Positions 35,349 through 55,850 of a DNA stretch of 64,000 nt are shown here, piece after piece (position 1 is the stretch's first letter; each line of letters opens with the position of its first letter). The notes under the pieces were generated by a model. The model had not been told where the DNA came from, searched no databases, and saw only the letters and a program-made list of their open reading frames with translations. The DNA comes from Balanoglossus misakiensis (lineage: Eukaryota; Animalia; Hemichordata): positions 6,448,001 through 6,512,000 of the forward strand of contig CM082590.2 of assembly GCA_040954595.2 (NCBI GenBank), given 5' to 3'. Made by a program: the position numbers and the translations under genes.

Positions 35349-37359
35349 ATGGGTAACCCGATGACAAAAGCGATGGATGAGAACATGAAACGAAACCAGG
35401 AATTTATGTTAAAGAATCAAAAAGCAACGGTGAGTGGTGTGTTGTGTATAATTAGATGTTTTCAGCTAATCATTCTACTAGGTTCTCTCAGTTTGGTAGG
35501 ATTGGGCCTGTTGACCTATGTCATCTACAGTCAAACCCCTCTATAGTGGCCAGTCAAGGGACTTTCCTAAACTGGCCTTTATAGAGAGGTGACCTTTATA
35601 TAGAGGTTAATTAACACACATGTGTATTGCACAGAGACTGTAACTAAATGGCCACTATATAGAGGTGGCCACTAACAGGGGTTTGACTGTATTGCTGTAT
35701 ACTCCATATGTAGTCTCAGGCATATACATTTGATGACGTCATGCACTTTTCTTGCAAGTCATCAAACATGCAAATTATATATGCACAAGTGGTCTTTGTG
35801 AAGCGCCATCTTGAGGCCGGACCACTCCTCTGTCATGTCTTTCTTTTTTCCGCCTGCAGCTCGAGAGACAGTTAATGATGCAGAACATTATGCGAGAACG
35901 TCAAATGTCCATGGAGATTGCGAGGGCCAGAGATTTATTTCTCTGGTGGGGAAGTTTTTACAGCGTCGCTTTCTTATTATTAACAGCTCGGTAGGTGAAT
36001 GCGTAGCCTAGTAGCTCGCCGTATTTTGTCCGCTTTGCTTCCAAAACTAACGTCTGGCCCAATAAAACCCCATACCCCTTGCTGGGAATTGTGATGTAAC
36101 TAGTGTCCCTCTGAAGTCAATGAGAGACTTTGTTTATCCAATGATTGGACAAAGGATATACATATGTGTAATTAAGGATGGGTAACAAATTAGCCCTGCC
36201 TTCACTATAACCTTACACCCAATCACCATTGTTCAGTTTATGTGAGTGACTTCAAGGGGACGCTAGTTACATCACAGTTCCCAGCAAGGGGTACGGGGTT
36301 TTATTGGGCCAGTGGCATGGTTGAAGCTAGGCGTTAGTTTTGGAAGCAAAGCGGACAAAATACGCCGAGGTACTAGGCTAGTTAACGGGGTAATCTCTTG
36401 GTTGATTGAGTGTGTGAGGGATTGAGTGAAATGCCCCAGGGGGTGCCACACACAACATGCAAAAACACTCTGTTTGTTTCCAAACTCACGGCCTATCTCC
36501 TTCGCTGTATTATCCTTGAGGACATGGAATAAACAAGCCAGCGAAGGATTATGTAATGGTACGCTCAAAGTCCCTTTGTTGTTCTGTGCACAACTGTGAC
36601 GATTTGAGGTTCATGAGCTTGCAACATCAAGTATTATTTTTTTTATAATTTTTACTTTCAACTAAAATTAATTCATTTAAATGTACTTAACTGGATTTTT
36701 TCTAATTTTGATCCCCTAGGGCTTTTAAGACTAAAAATCCTGTTTTTGTTTTCCCGCTTGTGCCCATGGGTTTTATAGTTGGTTACCGATATGACTTGGC
36801 CCATGGTACCAAGATAGCAAGAATGAAAGGTAAGCCCTCGCACACCAACAGATGTTAGTGTGTGAAGACTAAAATTCGACAAAAATTTCCACATTAACCG
36901 GTCTCTTGATGAGACAAGACAACAACTCACACATTGCCAAGAGCCACTTACTACATGTTGCATCGCCATTTTAGTATAGTCGAGTTGCAGTGACCCAGGT
37001 CATACTGACAGATCAGCCAATCAGCGGCTGATGGAAATCCTGACAGCGGCCATTTTGTTTTACAAATCGTTCTATAGCATTTCCCCAGACTCTTTTCTGG
37101 AGAGCATCGGAAGAGCAAAGGCGTCTGGGTAACCGAGTCTATGAGAGTCACAGTTACAATGCTCCATTTTTTTCTGGTCGAGGAACACTGGCATCATAGC
37201 AGAAGGCTCCTAAACAAAATATTTTAAACAATTCTTCCCCTTATTACAGATGAGGCGGAAAGTATACTGAAGAATGAGACATCCCTGCTAGATCTTCCAG
37301 AGGGTGTACCAACAATAGAAGAAATAGACAAAGCAAGGGAAGCTTTTAGATCTAAGTAA
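35349..37359 (+). CDS. PLGRKT: Plasminogen receptor (KT) homologue
   Basis: Exons 35349-35429, 35860-35990, 36720-36829, 37250-37359 give MGNPMTKAMDENMKRNQEFMLKNQKATLERQLMMQNIMRERQMSMEIARARD...PLVPMGFIVGYRYDLAHGTKIARMKDEAESIL...IDKAREAFRSK*. This matches recalled PLGRKT motifs (EFML..LERQL..MRERQM, YDLGYG..RMK.EAE.IL) and the C-terminal Lys. Confidence 0.93.
35528..35689. mobile_element. pogo/Tigger-like MITE, TA TSD
   Basis: ta CAGTCAAACCCCT..TAGTGGCCA ... TGGCCACTAACAGGGGTTTGACTG ta. Confidence 0.75.
36004..36380. mobile_element. Foldback MITE with ~110-bp TIRs in PLGRKT intron 2
   Basis: TAGCCTAGTA..GTATTTTGTCCGCTTTGCTTCCAAAACTAACG is inverted at 36332-36380; a further arm is TGCTGGGAATTGTGATGTAACTAG. 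Confidence 0.8.
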
Positions 37360-37669
37360 TATTTGTGGACACACCACGCTGGATTGAGGTAGAAATAATG
37401 GCTTTTAATACCAAACAAGAAAATCACTCAACAAAACTTAATAAATTACAGAGAAAACGCAAGTGCCAATAAATGGAAAATAAAAACTAAAATACACTAA
37501 TCCAGCTATACTAGATAAAACATACTAATCTAAAAATGGGAGGGGGGCCCCTTCAGTCAAGCAGTCAAACCTGGCCCTGTGGGTGAATCCATCCTGACAG
37601 GCCGAAATGTGAGGGAGGTTGTGCACTTCCCGAGATATGGGGGTCAGGATGAAATCCATACTGACTTCT

Positions 37670-37945
37670 TATATAGGGCACATATCCATAATGTGTCGTG
37701 ATCAAGGCGCTTTACAACAATTATTATCCCTGGTCATTGGACATAAATTTAATTCCATTCAATTTCTTGGGGACAAACAACAGCTCACATGTGCAGCCAT
37801 AAGCGCAGCAGAGCTAAACATACACATTGCAATCTCTGTCTTACCAGGTACCAATTACCCCTGGGTGGGGAGCCCTGGTCATTGGACCTAAATATTCCAT
37901 TCAACTCCTTGGGGAGCAAACAACAGCTCACATGTGCAGCCAAAA
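37670..37945 (-). mobile_element. SINE-like fragment with internal ~70-bp duplication
   Basis: CCAGGTACCAATTACCCCTGGGTGG resembles a conserved invertebrate SINE core (recalled, not searched); 37728-37799 is repeated at 37874-37941. Confidence 0.4.
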
Positions 37946-40900
37946 GGTGGTGGAATGTTGAATTTTCAGTAATTTTTTTGGTCATCATATCACGGTCAGA
38001 CAAGAGAATTTTTCAATCATTGTATTTATTCATTATCTATTTCTTTTGAGTTAATAAAATAAGATTATTTAATGAATAATGTGCGTGTATGTCATATTTG
38101 TTCGACGGTTATTCTATACGAATAGTTTGTCTAACGTGGGGTCCTAACACAATGAAATATAATTTCTGTTACACAGTGGTGACAGCGGTTGGATAAACTA
38201 TCGACCTTTCGATTTAGAGAAAAACAAAGTTCTGTTTTGACTTAAGTATTTGCGTTGAATAAAGAATATTAATACTTCAAAATGTTTAATGCTGCGATGG
38301 GGATAGGTCAATGCCCTACACTAGCCTTGCTGGTCTCAAGAAATGCGACTTTTTCCTGATTCTCAGACAGGGATACCCTGTGGAACCAGAATCCGACGTA
38401 TTTACATAATGAGGGGGAGTTGTCACGTGAGCAGGTTGCATGTATCCCGGCAACACCCGCGACATTCTGGGGAGATTGGGACTTGCCGTTGAAGTGTGAG
38501 CATATCGCTCCTGGTTGTGGTGATCTGAATTTGTGTTTCAACCCTGTCTCTCTGCTATTTTCTTTCAAATCTGTCTCCACGTTTGTGGGAACACTTTCTC
38601 TGTAACCTCTGAAAGGTAGAATGGTTGACTGTTTGTCTTTTGAGGGTTTTCTTGGTCTTTGTGTGAGCGTAATGCTTGGGTCGCGCGGTCGGTCGCGAGG
38701 TCGCGAGGTCACCTGTCGAACGCACGTATCTTCCTTGCGCATAGTACATGTATATCAAACCGGGACTCGTAACAAACTGGCGCACGCCATCAACGTGATA
38801 GGTGTTTGATTTTGGCAGTTTTCCGTCACCGTTGAGTTAGCGTTCCGTTCCAAGCTTCGTCTTTTACTAGTGGCTCGATCATTTTTCGGCGCCAGTCCGA
38901 TATAATTTGAGTGATTTGCGTTTCTTGTTCAGTCCACGTTTTACAGCTGTGTGACTTCCATTGTTCTAAGACAATGTAGCAAGTGTCGCTTGGGGTTATC
39001 GATTTTTTTATCGCTCTGTTCTGGTGTAGCGTAGCTTGTACGTGCACTGTGCTACTATTTATTTGTTTTAATACCTTTAATCAGAAATTCGAAATTTCCA
39101 CCACGATTCTGAAAAACACGACGTAGGTTCTCAGTCACTGACGTGCCGTTGCATGTTGCTTAAAGGCCTTGCTCAACAGTGGGTCAAAAACGGTTGTGGA
39201 ATAAGCTACCGGTTCCACTCCGTAGCAGTGAGAATTTTAATGTTTTTAAATCCAGCCTTAAAACGTTTTTATTCAGGGAATGACGTTTTTATCCATTTTT
39301 TATCCATTTTTAACCATTGTCTATTTTTTTTATGATACATTTTTAGCATTTTACTTGTCTTTGTATTTTTAAGCAGCGATGTACAGCGCTTTGGGGTGTC
39401 TTTTTACATGGAAAGCGTTTTTTAAGAATTAAATATTATTATTATTATTATTATTAAATATTTTGTTTCCAATAAACAGTTACGTGCTAACACAAAGGCT
39501 TTCTTGTTTGCCTTCATTGGACTGCCCTGGGATCGAGAAAACGGCCGTTAAATTCTATTGCCATCGGTAAAATATCGATTGTTCATGTCGACAGCACGGT
39601 ATGATGATAGGTTACTTTTACTAACGTCGGTTCCTAACACAATGAATGACAAAAATATTCACTAAAAGGTATATCTAGCGATAATGGAAATAGTTTTCCA
39701 CCAAAAATTACTTCTGGAGTTTAGAATGACTGTGAAAGATTCCTCAGATGACTGTGATCACTGTAAAGGTTCTATTTTGTCCAAAAGAAAAGACAGGAGG
39801 GTCAATGCACTATGCGAAATCCAGTACATTGAAAATATTCCTGAGGTTTGAAAGCTCGCCCTCAACGACACTGCTTTCATCATCTCCAGCTCACCACATT
39901 ATCGCTCATTATTCAGATATTTAAATTAGGCATACAGTCACATCTAATTGACTTATGCCTATACTGTATCTATAAGGTAAAAAGGGCGTGTCTTAGTGTG
40001 CGAACGGCCTTATGGTGGTGTACATTTTATTTCGCATCTACCACCAACCAAAAATATGTTAGCCATATTTGTATTTTCCATGGTAACTCTGGTTTAATTT
40101 ACATTCTTAGATTTATTAATACAGGATTGACTTCAATAAAATAGCAGATAGTTCAATGTAAGGGGAGTTGATTTTAAATTGTTATTTGATTAATATTCAT
40201 GTGTTTACTTGGGTCTGCGGGAATCATCGAGCATGTCACTCTTTCGGTCATTTCTAAAATTAGAAGGGGATTTCCGCAAAGGTATTAAAGCTGAGTTCTC
40301 TGCATGCTTACTCCAGTCTCGACAAATCTTTCCTTGATTGGGTATCAGCGAAACCTGATCACGTGTGTGCTCGGTGTTTTGTTGCTGAATTATCTGGTTA
40401 AACGCGACTGGGATCACACGGTTGTATTCGACATACAGCAATCTAGCGTTTTGCACAGGTGAGAATGTTTATACTGTCTATGGTTTATTAACGCTGCGGA
40501 GGGCTGTAGTTTTCAACATGGCGACCAGACTCAGGGACGACAGCACTGAGCGAAAGTCGACTGATCAGCCGTGTGAATTTCCCCGGTTTATTATTGCTTT
40601 TCCCAGGGGTTTTTTTGCAGTGTGGTCGAGGCAGCCTTGGTTTCTTGAAGTATCGTGTTTGGGTCACGGTTACAGTGACTAGATGATTGTTTGGTTTCAA
40701 ATATACGCCAGCAATATTTATCCAAACATTAAATTAATTGAATTGATTATTATTTGTTGTTTTTGTTGTTTTAAACTTGTTAAAAACAAAATTAATAATC
40801 GGACAATGCTATTTTCATGTTCACATAATGATAGACAGAGAATTTCATCTGTCAGGATTTACCATTTATATGCTGTGAAAGAGCCCAAACATGACCAGCT

Positions 40901-42333
40901 TTGTATAACATCAAAAATGACAATGTTTACCTAATTTGCGATAAACACACAATAAAATGCATCGCTGCTGCACGGAAGGAATGCACGAAGCATTGATTGT
41001 TTCGATCAACACAGTAAAGCTTGAAAATGAAAAGCCACCTGTGGTCTAGACTGCAGTGAATCTTTATAAGAATGTATCACACGAACCAAAACACCAACCA
41101 ATTATTTACCTGGTGTCAACTCATGGCTTTGTTAGACTTGCAACAATTTATACAGAAACTGTTTCGTTTCAACTGAGACTGCATGGCACTGCTTTCAGTT
41201 GTTTCTTATCAAGTGGGCTTTAATGAAAACATCAATGGTCAGTACATTCGTCCTGTGCAGCTCAATCTGTTTTAAAAGAGTGAATAAACGTTCGCAGATT
41301 TCAAGTTCAAGTAGATTACGAGAGAGGTGCGGCTACACGTTTTACGCGAACATAAACGCGCAACGTCACGAATTTCAGTTATGTCGTCATCATGTTTTGT
41401 GTAAAGTTTGATGTTCACGTAAAAGACTTCGCGTATTTTTTACGTGAAGATAGGTGCTTTCACGTAAGTTGCAAACTTTAAAAGTTATTCTCATTTTGGG
41501 GCAACAAAAATCATATTATCTACGAAATATGTGTATGCCTTGTTAGCTTGATATCTCATAGTGACAAAAGAAAACGCATTTATTTCTTTTTGGTCATTTT
41601 ATGTGAAATTTGTTCATCAATTTGTATGGTCGTCCGACGGTTGAAACCATAGTTGCAGTGGAGCGACACGGCCATGTAATTAGTCTTGCTCCAAGACAGT
41701 GTGATACTGAAAAAGAAATGCGCGTCCGCGTTGCGAACGTCCTGTGGACGCGACGCTAATCACACAGTCTTGCCGATTCTGTAAACGCCCTCAAGTGGTT
41801 TTACCAGATTTTGGTAAGTAGCGGAGAACATTCGAACCTCATATGTCTGTCAATCAAATTAGCGTCGTGTCAACATGAGTTCTATACGCGTACATACCAG
41901 GTACAGAATACGCATTTTTGGGCGTTATCGCGAGCTTTGTGCGGTTCTAGATGTTCTACATGCAAATTAACGCCGCTCATGAATATTCATATCAAATATA
42001 TGTGTGCAGAAACGTACAGTCGCTTTGCCTGGCGGCGCGTCGTACGAAAGTTCCATTCCTTATCGACAGGCACAGCGACTGCCATAGAGTCTACCATGTA
42101 ATGTGCACGCTCAAAATTCGAATACAGCGTGCGCGTGCCACACAAACAGACGTGAAGCCAAACTCGTTTCCACCTGAACGTATCACTCGAACGTGGGTTC
42201 TACGCGTTCACGTTCACGTAAAACGTGTAGCCGAACATGTAATGTCACCTGCTATTATTTAACGCCTGAAACGATATACTCACAAACCATAATTTAACAA
42301 CATATGTATATATTTCGGTTTTGTAGATACACC

Positions 42334-45300
42334 ATGTCTGACATACAGTATTTAATCGCAGAGATAAGAGCATGCAGCAAAAGTCTCGACGATGAACAAA
42401 TCACCGATGTTTTGGATATGTTACGGGATAGCGTCATTGAAGTCAGAAATCTTCTTATTCTGATTATGAGCATAACATTCTCCGATCAGAATATCAGCAG
42501 AGAAGTTTATGTCGCTATACGTCGAGTCCAACAAATGTATCGTGGAATACTGGAGGAATGTGTCCAAATCAAGTATGTAGGCTTATTTTTCAAACGTCCT
42601 GCATGCACACTGCCAGCAAATTTTAAGGGAGTAGTAAGGAAATTATTGTGTAGGTGCAGTGGTAGATGAAAAAAAATTGTTCGGAGACATGAGTTCATTC
42701 GTATTTGTATTATGCGCGAAGTCCAAATACAACTGATGCGTACGCGATTTCGGGTGTTTGTGCCAACGTATAGTAAATGGCTGAAAAGTTAATGTTTTTA
42801 AACGTATTTTTCCATTCATTAATTATAAGTTAATCTTGCATGTATCATATAGAAAAAGAGATATTATGTCTTGTTTTGACAAAAAATAACATTAAAAACA
42901 TTAACCGAGCACAGTTAATTTGCAAAATATTTACATCTCAGACTGAAGAATTTTCTTCCAATAATTGCTAAAATCGGAATTATTGTTCTTGTTGAGTAAT
43001 TGGTGCATAAATTGTAGATATCTGTAAAAAATATCGAAACTCGTTTTTGCTCCAATGCTGTTAATATCACGTTGTAAATGGACCCCTGAAGCAAAAATAT
43101 AACTTTACAATAGTAATATTGACAATGTAATATTTACACATCTATAAACAGGATCACTGTACATAGTTTTGTAACCAAGAATAACAGTTTCTAAATCGAC
43201 CTCATGAAATATGCCAAGTTTACTGAGCAAAGCAGAAAAACGCTGCCAAAATCCCCAAACGTTGACATTTTAAAATAGATGCTCACAGGAATCGGTTACG
43301 TTGCAAAGACAACATTGATCATTTTTACTTTTACTTTTTAGGTCCCATTTAGTTTACCATGGGACCTTATGGGATCGGTTGCGTCTGTATGTATGTATGG
43401 ATGGATGGATGGATGTATGTCTGTATGTCCGTCCACATCAAAAACTTGAAAACCTCTATGACCTCGATATTTGGTGTGTAGATGCAGGCAGGGCTGTAGA
43501 TGGAAGTTTGTTCAAATGAAGTTGTCATTACCAAAAGTATGCAAATTAGCTGAAAAAATGTGAATTTGGTCAAAACTCAAAAACTCGACAACCACTGGTC
43601 AGATTGGTTTGAAAGTTGGTATGCATGCACCTTATGTGTACCTCATACAGTCCTGTATGTTTTGAGCTAATATTATCGATTTCCTATTTTTAATGCATTT
43701 TTTGTGATAGGCTTACTTCTTTGAAATTTAGTATGAAGCTTCCTAATGGTTGTCTGAGTAACTGTAGTTTTGTTCAAATTGTTGCAAAATTTGCATATTT
43801 ATAATTTTGAGCAATATTTGCCATTTTTGGTCAAACAATTTTTTGTCTTAAACCGCTTGTCGCATTGCATTGAACTTTAGCAGGCATGTTACTTGTAGTG
43901 CTTGAAGTATGATATTGTACAATTTTGGTGATATTTGCATATTTGTGTTTTGTGTTATGATAATTATCCCAAAAGTTGCAGCTTATGTGCCTTTAATCTG
44001 TCTATGTGTGTGTGTGTGTGTCTGTCTGTCTGTCTGTCTGTGTATGTATGTACTCCTGTGTAGACTTTTTCTTGTGTAATCCCTCAATGGGACCACACTG
44101 TCCCTGACGTGGTTTTATCAAAAATTCATGCAATACGTGACCACAAGTTTTAAAACGCGTCAGTCCTTCTGATACGGTTATGTCTGCATTCCATCTGCAG
44201 AAACTTTAGCCGACGCTCCGAGGCCATGCTTCAATGTCTGCAGTCAGAATTCAAATTTAGACACACAGACGTCGACCTGTTTCTTGGGCAGCACGGGTTA
44301 ACACGCTATCGGCCCGTCTTCGAGAGCGAGGAGATAGCTTACGTCCGCGAAATACTGGAAACGGGGGTGATGCGTTTCAGACACGATATGGACCCATCAG
44401 CTTTTGCAGTCTTAAAGAGAGAAATTGACAAAGCAGGTACCGTAAGGATTCTTAAGATGGATGGTATTGAAAGGATAAATTCCCTTTTTAATTATTTCAG
44501 TACACAACACAACACAATACATTGTTTTAACCCTCAATATTACTTGGTATTAAAAAGAAAATTGAAAGTATGATTCTATTTTACGTGGATGAATGTATAG
44601 GAACCAACGACTTTTTAAACAAAAATTATGATTCAATGGCATGTTAAGATTTCCCGCTCCGATGCCTTCTTGTGCGCATGATCATTGTACAGCAGTTTGA
44701 GAACATTATGTTACATTTTTACCATGCAACATAAATGCCAATCAGAGAGCTGTTTTCGGTAAGGAGAACAACCTATAGTTAATTGTATGGATTATGTCTT
44801 CAGGGGGCAACTTTGCCCCTTTAAGGTAGTTCCCAAACTTAACACAGAGATTGGCGTCCATTTTTAATTTAGAAATTCATCCTGTCGACTGTCTAGCCTG
44901 GCTGATTACAATGAGTAGGTGACTGAAATTGTTCCAAAAGAGAACTACTTTACCTCTTTACTGGAAAGTTTAAAGATCATCATCACACTGTGTTTTTATA
45001 ATTTGACAAAGCGTATGTTATAAAACATAAGAGATGTATAGAAAGTGAACGTTTTGTCTGCTACTTCACTGAATTCTTTTCTATTTTATAGAACATGATC
45101 GATTCTACATCGAACACCGTATGAGCCCTGAGCTGAAACTGCTTGGATATCAGTGCTGTGTTTCGTCGGGGCAAGTGACAGAACAACTGACGTCATGCCT
45201 GCGTGCAACACAGCGCACCGGAATGAGACTCATTCCGTACTTGGAATCGCAGCTTTCACGGAACAAGGTGGTGAACTTCGGTTTGAAAGTGGGGTTTGTC

Positions 45301-47535
45301 TTGGTGTCACCTTGGGCTGACACTGTAATTGGTAAAATGGTGTCCACTGGTACTGCATTGGGAATAGTGCTAACTGCAGCAGGTCAGTTTGCAGATGGCT
45401 TTGGTTACGTGTTGTTAAAGGCGGAATTTTCAATCCCTGGTTCTCGCATTAGTAGGTGCTCCTCCTAGTCATACATTAGGCTAGTTTCGATGTTTAACTT
45501 ACAGTACGTTAGATACACACACAAATCGCAACAATTTAGCACCTTTAGCTAATCCTATAAACAGATCGCCAATTTGTGCTACCGGTAGTAGGCCTAGCCA
45601 GATAAACGAAAACGATCTTCCAGCCAGCTAGCTACATATGAGCACTGTTGTTACAGAGAGCTCGATCGCTCTGACGGCTTCGACGCTCTATTCGGGACTG
45701 TGTGTTATTTATATTGACTGTGCCTTCAACCGCGTGTGATTGGACTCGCCGATAGCAACACAGCCGTAACATGCGGCCGACTTGGCTAGCCAGTGACGGG
45801 TACAATTTCTCTACCCAACTTGAGAAGGGTTCCGCTGCCCGAAATATACGTAGATCAAATTTTAGCCCGCCGGTCATCGAGTTTACTGATCGACAGAAAT
45901 ACACATAGAGCCAACAAAAGCAATTCAATGAGAAAAAATCTGCTTTATTTAGATGATAAACAAAGTTCATATAGTCTTTCATTTCATCTTTGGTTGTTGC
46001 TCATTTTGATAAATGATCGTTTACCAAAGTACTTCTAACAACATGTGTATAAAAGAATACCGTCAAAAAAACAAACATTTTACTCACGTGATTATCACTC
46101 ACGGGAGTAATGTAGTCGCCATATCTGTCTGTCTGTGTGTGTGTCTGAATGTATGTTAGCACGATATGATCAGATTTCTATCAGCTTTATTAAAAGGTCC
46201 ATTGCATTGACAAGAACTGATTACTTTTTGATAAACGTGTCTCACGAATTAATCAAGTTATACATCAAATGTTTGAAATCGTAACGATGGAACTGGAACT
46301 GACCAATACCTACGCAATCAAAGTACTGCCTTCGCGATCACTTAAAGGGGAAGTCCGGTCCAGCTGATTTCTACATAATTTGGTAGCTCTGAGGTCACTC
46401 TTTCAAAAAAAAAACATATTCGCCACGTATAAGTCGCGCGATTTGTTTTACGAAAACGAGGGAAAGTTGGCAGAATTTCCAATATGGCCTTTACTGCAAT
46501 TTGAATCATGGGAAAAAAGCGCCAGGACCAACTTCCGCCCACCTTGGTGTGGGTGATACCATTTTCCGATTTGTGTGACTGCGTTAAGCGTAGTTGCATA
46601 TTTTTCATGGGGTATAGCTCATGAAAACTGTCAATAGATGTCAAATTTTCGACTTTGCTCCTGATTGTTTATCAACTGACGCAAAGTACAAACAGTAGCT
46701 ATGCAAATACACCTAAGGGAGGGGTCATCTTGTCGCAGACTTTTGCCCCTCCCCCCAATTTTTGCTTTTGAGCCCACTAAAATGCAGTTTTGAGCCCTTC
46801 ATTTTACAAAATTTTCTAATGTGGGATGGCGGACAATTGAACAGGTGTCAACAATTTCCGGAAACTTAAAAACTTAGGGACCGTTCAGTCTCTACGGCCG
46901 GGGGCGGCAAAATCCGGGGGGGGGGTCACTTACATTTTGAATTCAAAAAAGGGGGAGGCATCGTTTTTTAAACGTTTAGGGGGGGGTAACATACTTTTGC
47001 CCCCCTCCCCAAACTCCTGCTTTTGAGTCCACAAAATCGCAGTTTCGAGCCCTTTATTTTACAAAATTTTCTCATGAACTCCTACACCCATCCCTTCATT
47101 CTTCGCCACATTTCATTTATTGGCTGGTTTGTCTAGGCATGTTTTCCCCCTAAATGTTTCACGGTCATTATTTTTGTTTCAGAAGTACAATATGGCGTTT
47201 TACAAAGTAACACGGCTGAAGAAACTTATTTTAAACATATGTACTAACCACCTTTTCATCTGTTTGTAGAAATCGAACGGATAACCGGACTAATCACAGA
47301 TATAGAAACTGGGAAGTGGGAAGATGGTCTGAAGGACAAAATCATCTCCTGGCAACTGCTCATCTCCAATTTCCGAGAACTGTCCACGTTGCTGAGTGAA
47401 GGCAGGAACAAGTTACAAGAGAAGGAACGAACCGACATTAGGTCACACATGCGAGATGCACAGGAGTCACTTCAGAAATTTCAAAAGCATACCGATATGT
47501 TTATAGCTGAAATGCAGCATATTATTGACATGTGA
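42334..47535 (+). CDS. Gene 5: helical protein with SAM-like domain and hydrophobic hairpin (uncharacterised)
   Basis: Exons 42334-42572 (possible upstream exon 40518-40570), 44201-44436 (VDLFLGQHGLTRYRPVFESEEI, SAM-like), 45092-45382 or -45403, 47270-47535 (EIERITGL...MQHIIDM*). Three exons align with gene 6. Confidence 0.75.
43335..43960 (+). mobile_element. Helentron/HINE-like non-autonomous element
   Basis: TTTTAGGTCCCAT..ATGGGACCT short hairpin, (TATG/GATG)n microsatellite, then diverged internal repeats (TTGAAATTT..ATG..GTT..TTCAAAT). Confidence 0.5.
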
Positions 47536-47742
47536 CAGTGACGACAGCACCATGATTGATTTATATGAGATGTTTTTGTTCGTGTTCTCAGCCTGTTGTC
47601 TGTGGTTGCAGCGATTACAACCACACAAACGAATCTTTCATTCCGAAATATTTACATGAGATTTGTGAGTTACCAGATCTTTAATTCGAGCTGCTTTTAT
47701 GCAACACATATATGTGCACGCATGCATGCACCTAAAAAACAA

Positions 47743-47975
47743 ATACATACATACATACATACATACATACATACATACATACATACATACATACATACAT
47801 ACATACATACATACATACATACATACATACATACATACATACATACATACATACACATACAGACATACATACAGACATACATACATACATACATACATAC
47901 ATACAGACATACATACATACATACAGACATACATACAGACATACATACATACATACATACATACAGACATACATA
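47743..47975. repeat. (ACAT)n microsatellite
   Basis: Direct reading. Confidence 0.97.
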
Positions 47976-48233
47976 CCGGTACATACAGACGTTTCTCTCT
48001 GTTTCTGGTTTCTGGTTTCACCAAAAATAAGTTTCAAGTATTAAAGAATTAAATAATTGCAAGGCAAAACAATTCAGCACATTAAATCGTCACGGTGATA
48101 TCACTACGCTCAGCTGAGTGATTTGGCTTTGGCTTTTCACTGTCGATGATGTCGATGTACTGATAATGTCACAATTAAGTTTCGTCGAACATGTCAAAAA
48201 TCAGAGTTTTACTGATATTAATGGCGATCATAC

Positions 48234-48370
48234 GGTATATCATAACTCTTTAATGACCCGGATAGGGGTTTGCGGACCTTGTTAGTTCGGCGTTCTCGCC
48301 CTTTCCACGGTCGGGAGCTTCCGCTTAACAACCTCGGCTCGAAAATCCTGTATTAGGGCCGAAAAGATTG
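48234..48370 (-). mobile_element. Decayed end hairpin related to the nested Crypton-like element at 1593
   Basis: Reverse complement AATCTTTTCGGCCCTAATACAGG...GCGGAAGCTCCCGACCG...AGGGCGAGAACGCCG...CCGCAAACCCCTATC...TTATGATATACC aligns along 1593-1732. Confidence 0.65.
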
Positions 48371-48549
48371 CACTTATTTTTTTATATTTCCCTGGAATTT
48401 GTAGTGTTGTCACAAATATTTGTTTCTTATAGAATGTGAAGGACTTTATCGCATCCCGTAGATTTTGTCTTTAGATGCGCATGTTGTACACTTTATACAC
48501 GTGTCCGCTGCTGCTGTAATTTCAAAGTCAAATGCCAAAGTCCAGATCG

Positions 48550-55850
<7,301 letters not shown>

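Noticed and set aside
38300-38830. GC-richer segment with 144-aa minus ORF, possible LTR or exon
   Set aside because: No recognisable domain, paired repeat or consistent splice signals.
47596-48052. HTYI/MYVC repeat ORFs
   Set aside because: (ACAT)n microsatellite translations; the same applies to the CV/HT ORFs over the GT tracts at 50.8, 52.6 and 54.4 kb.
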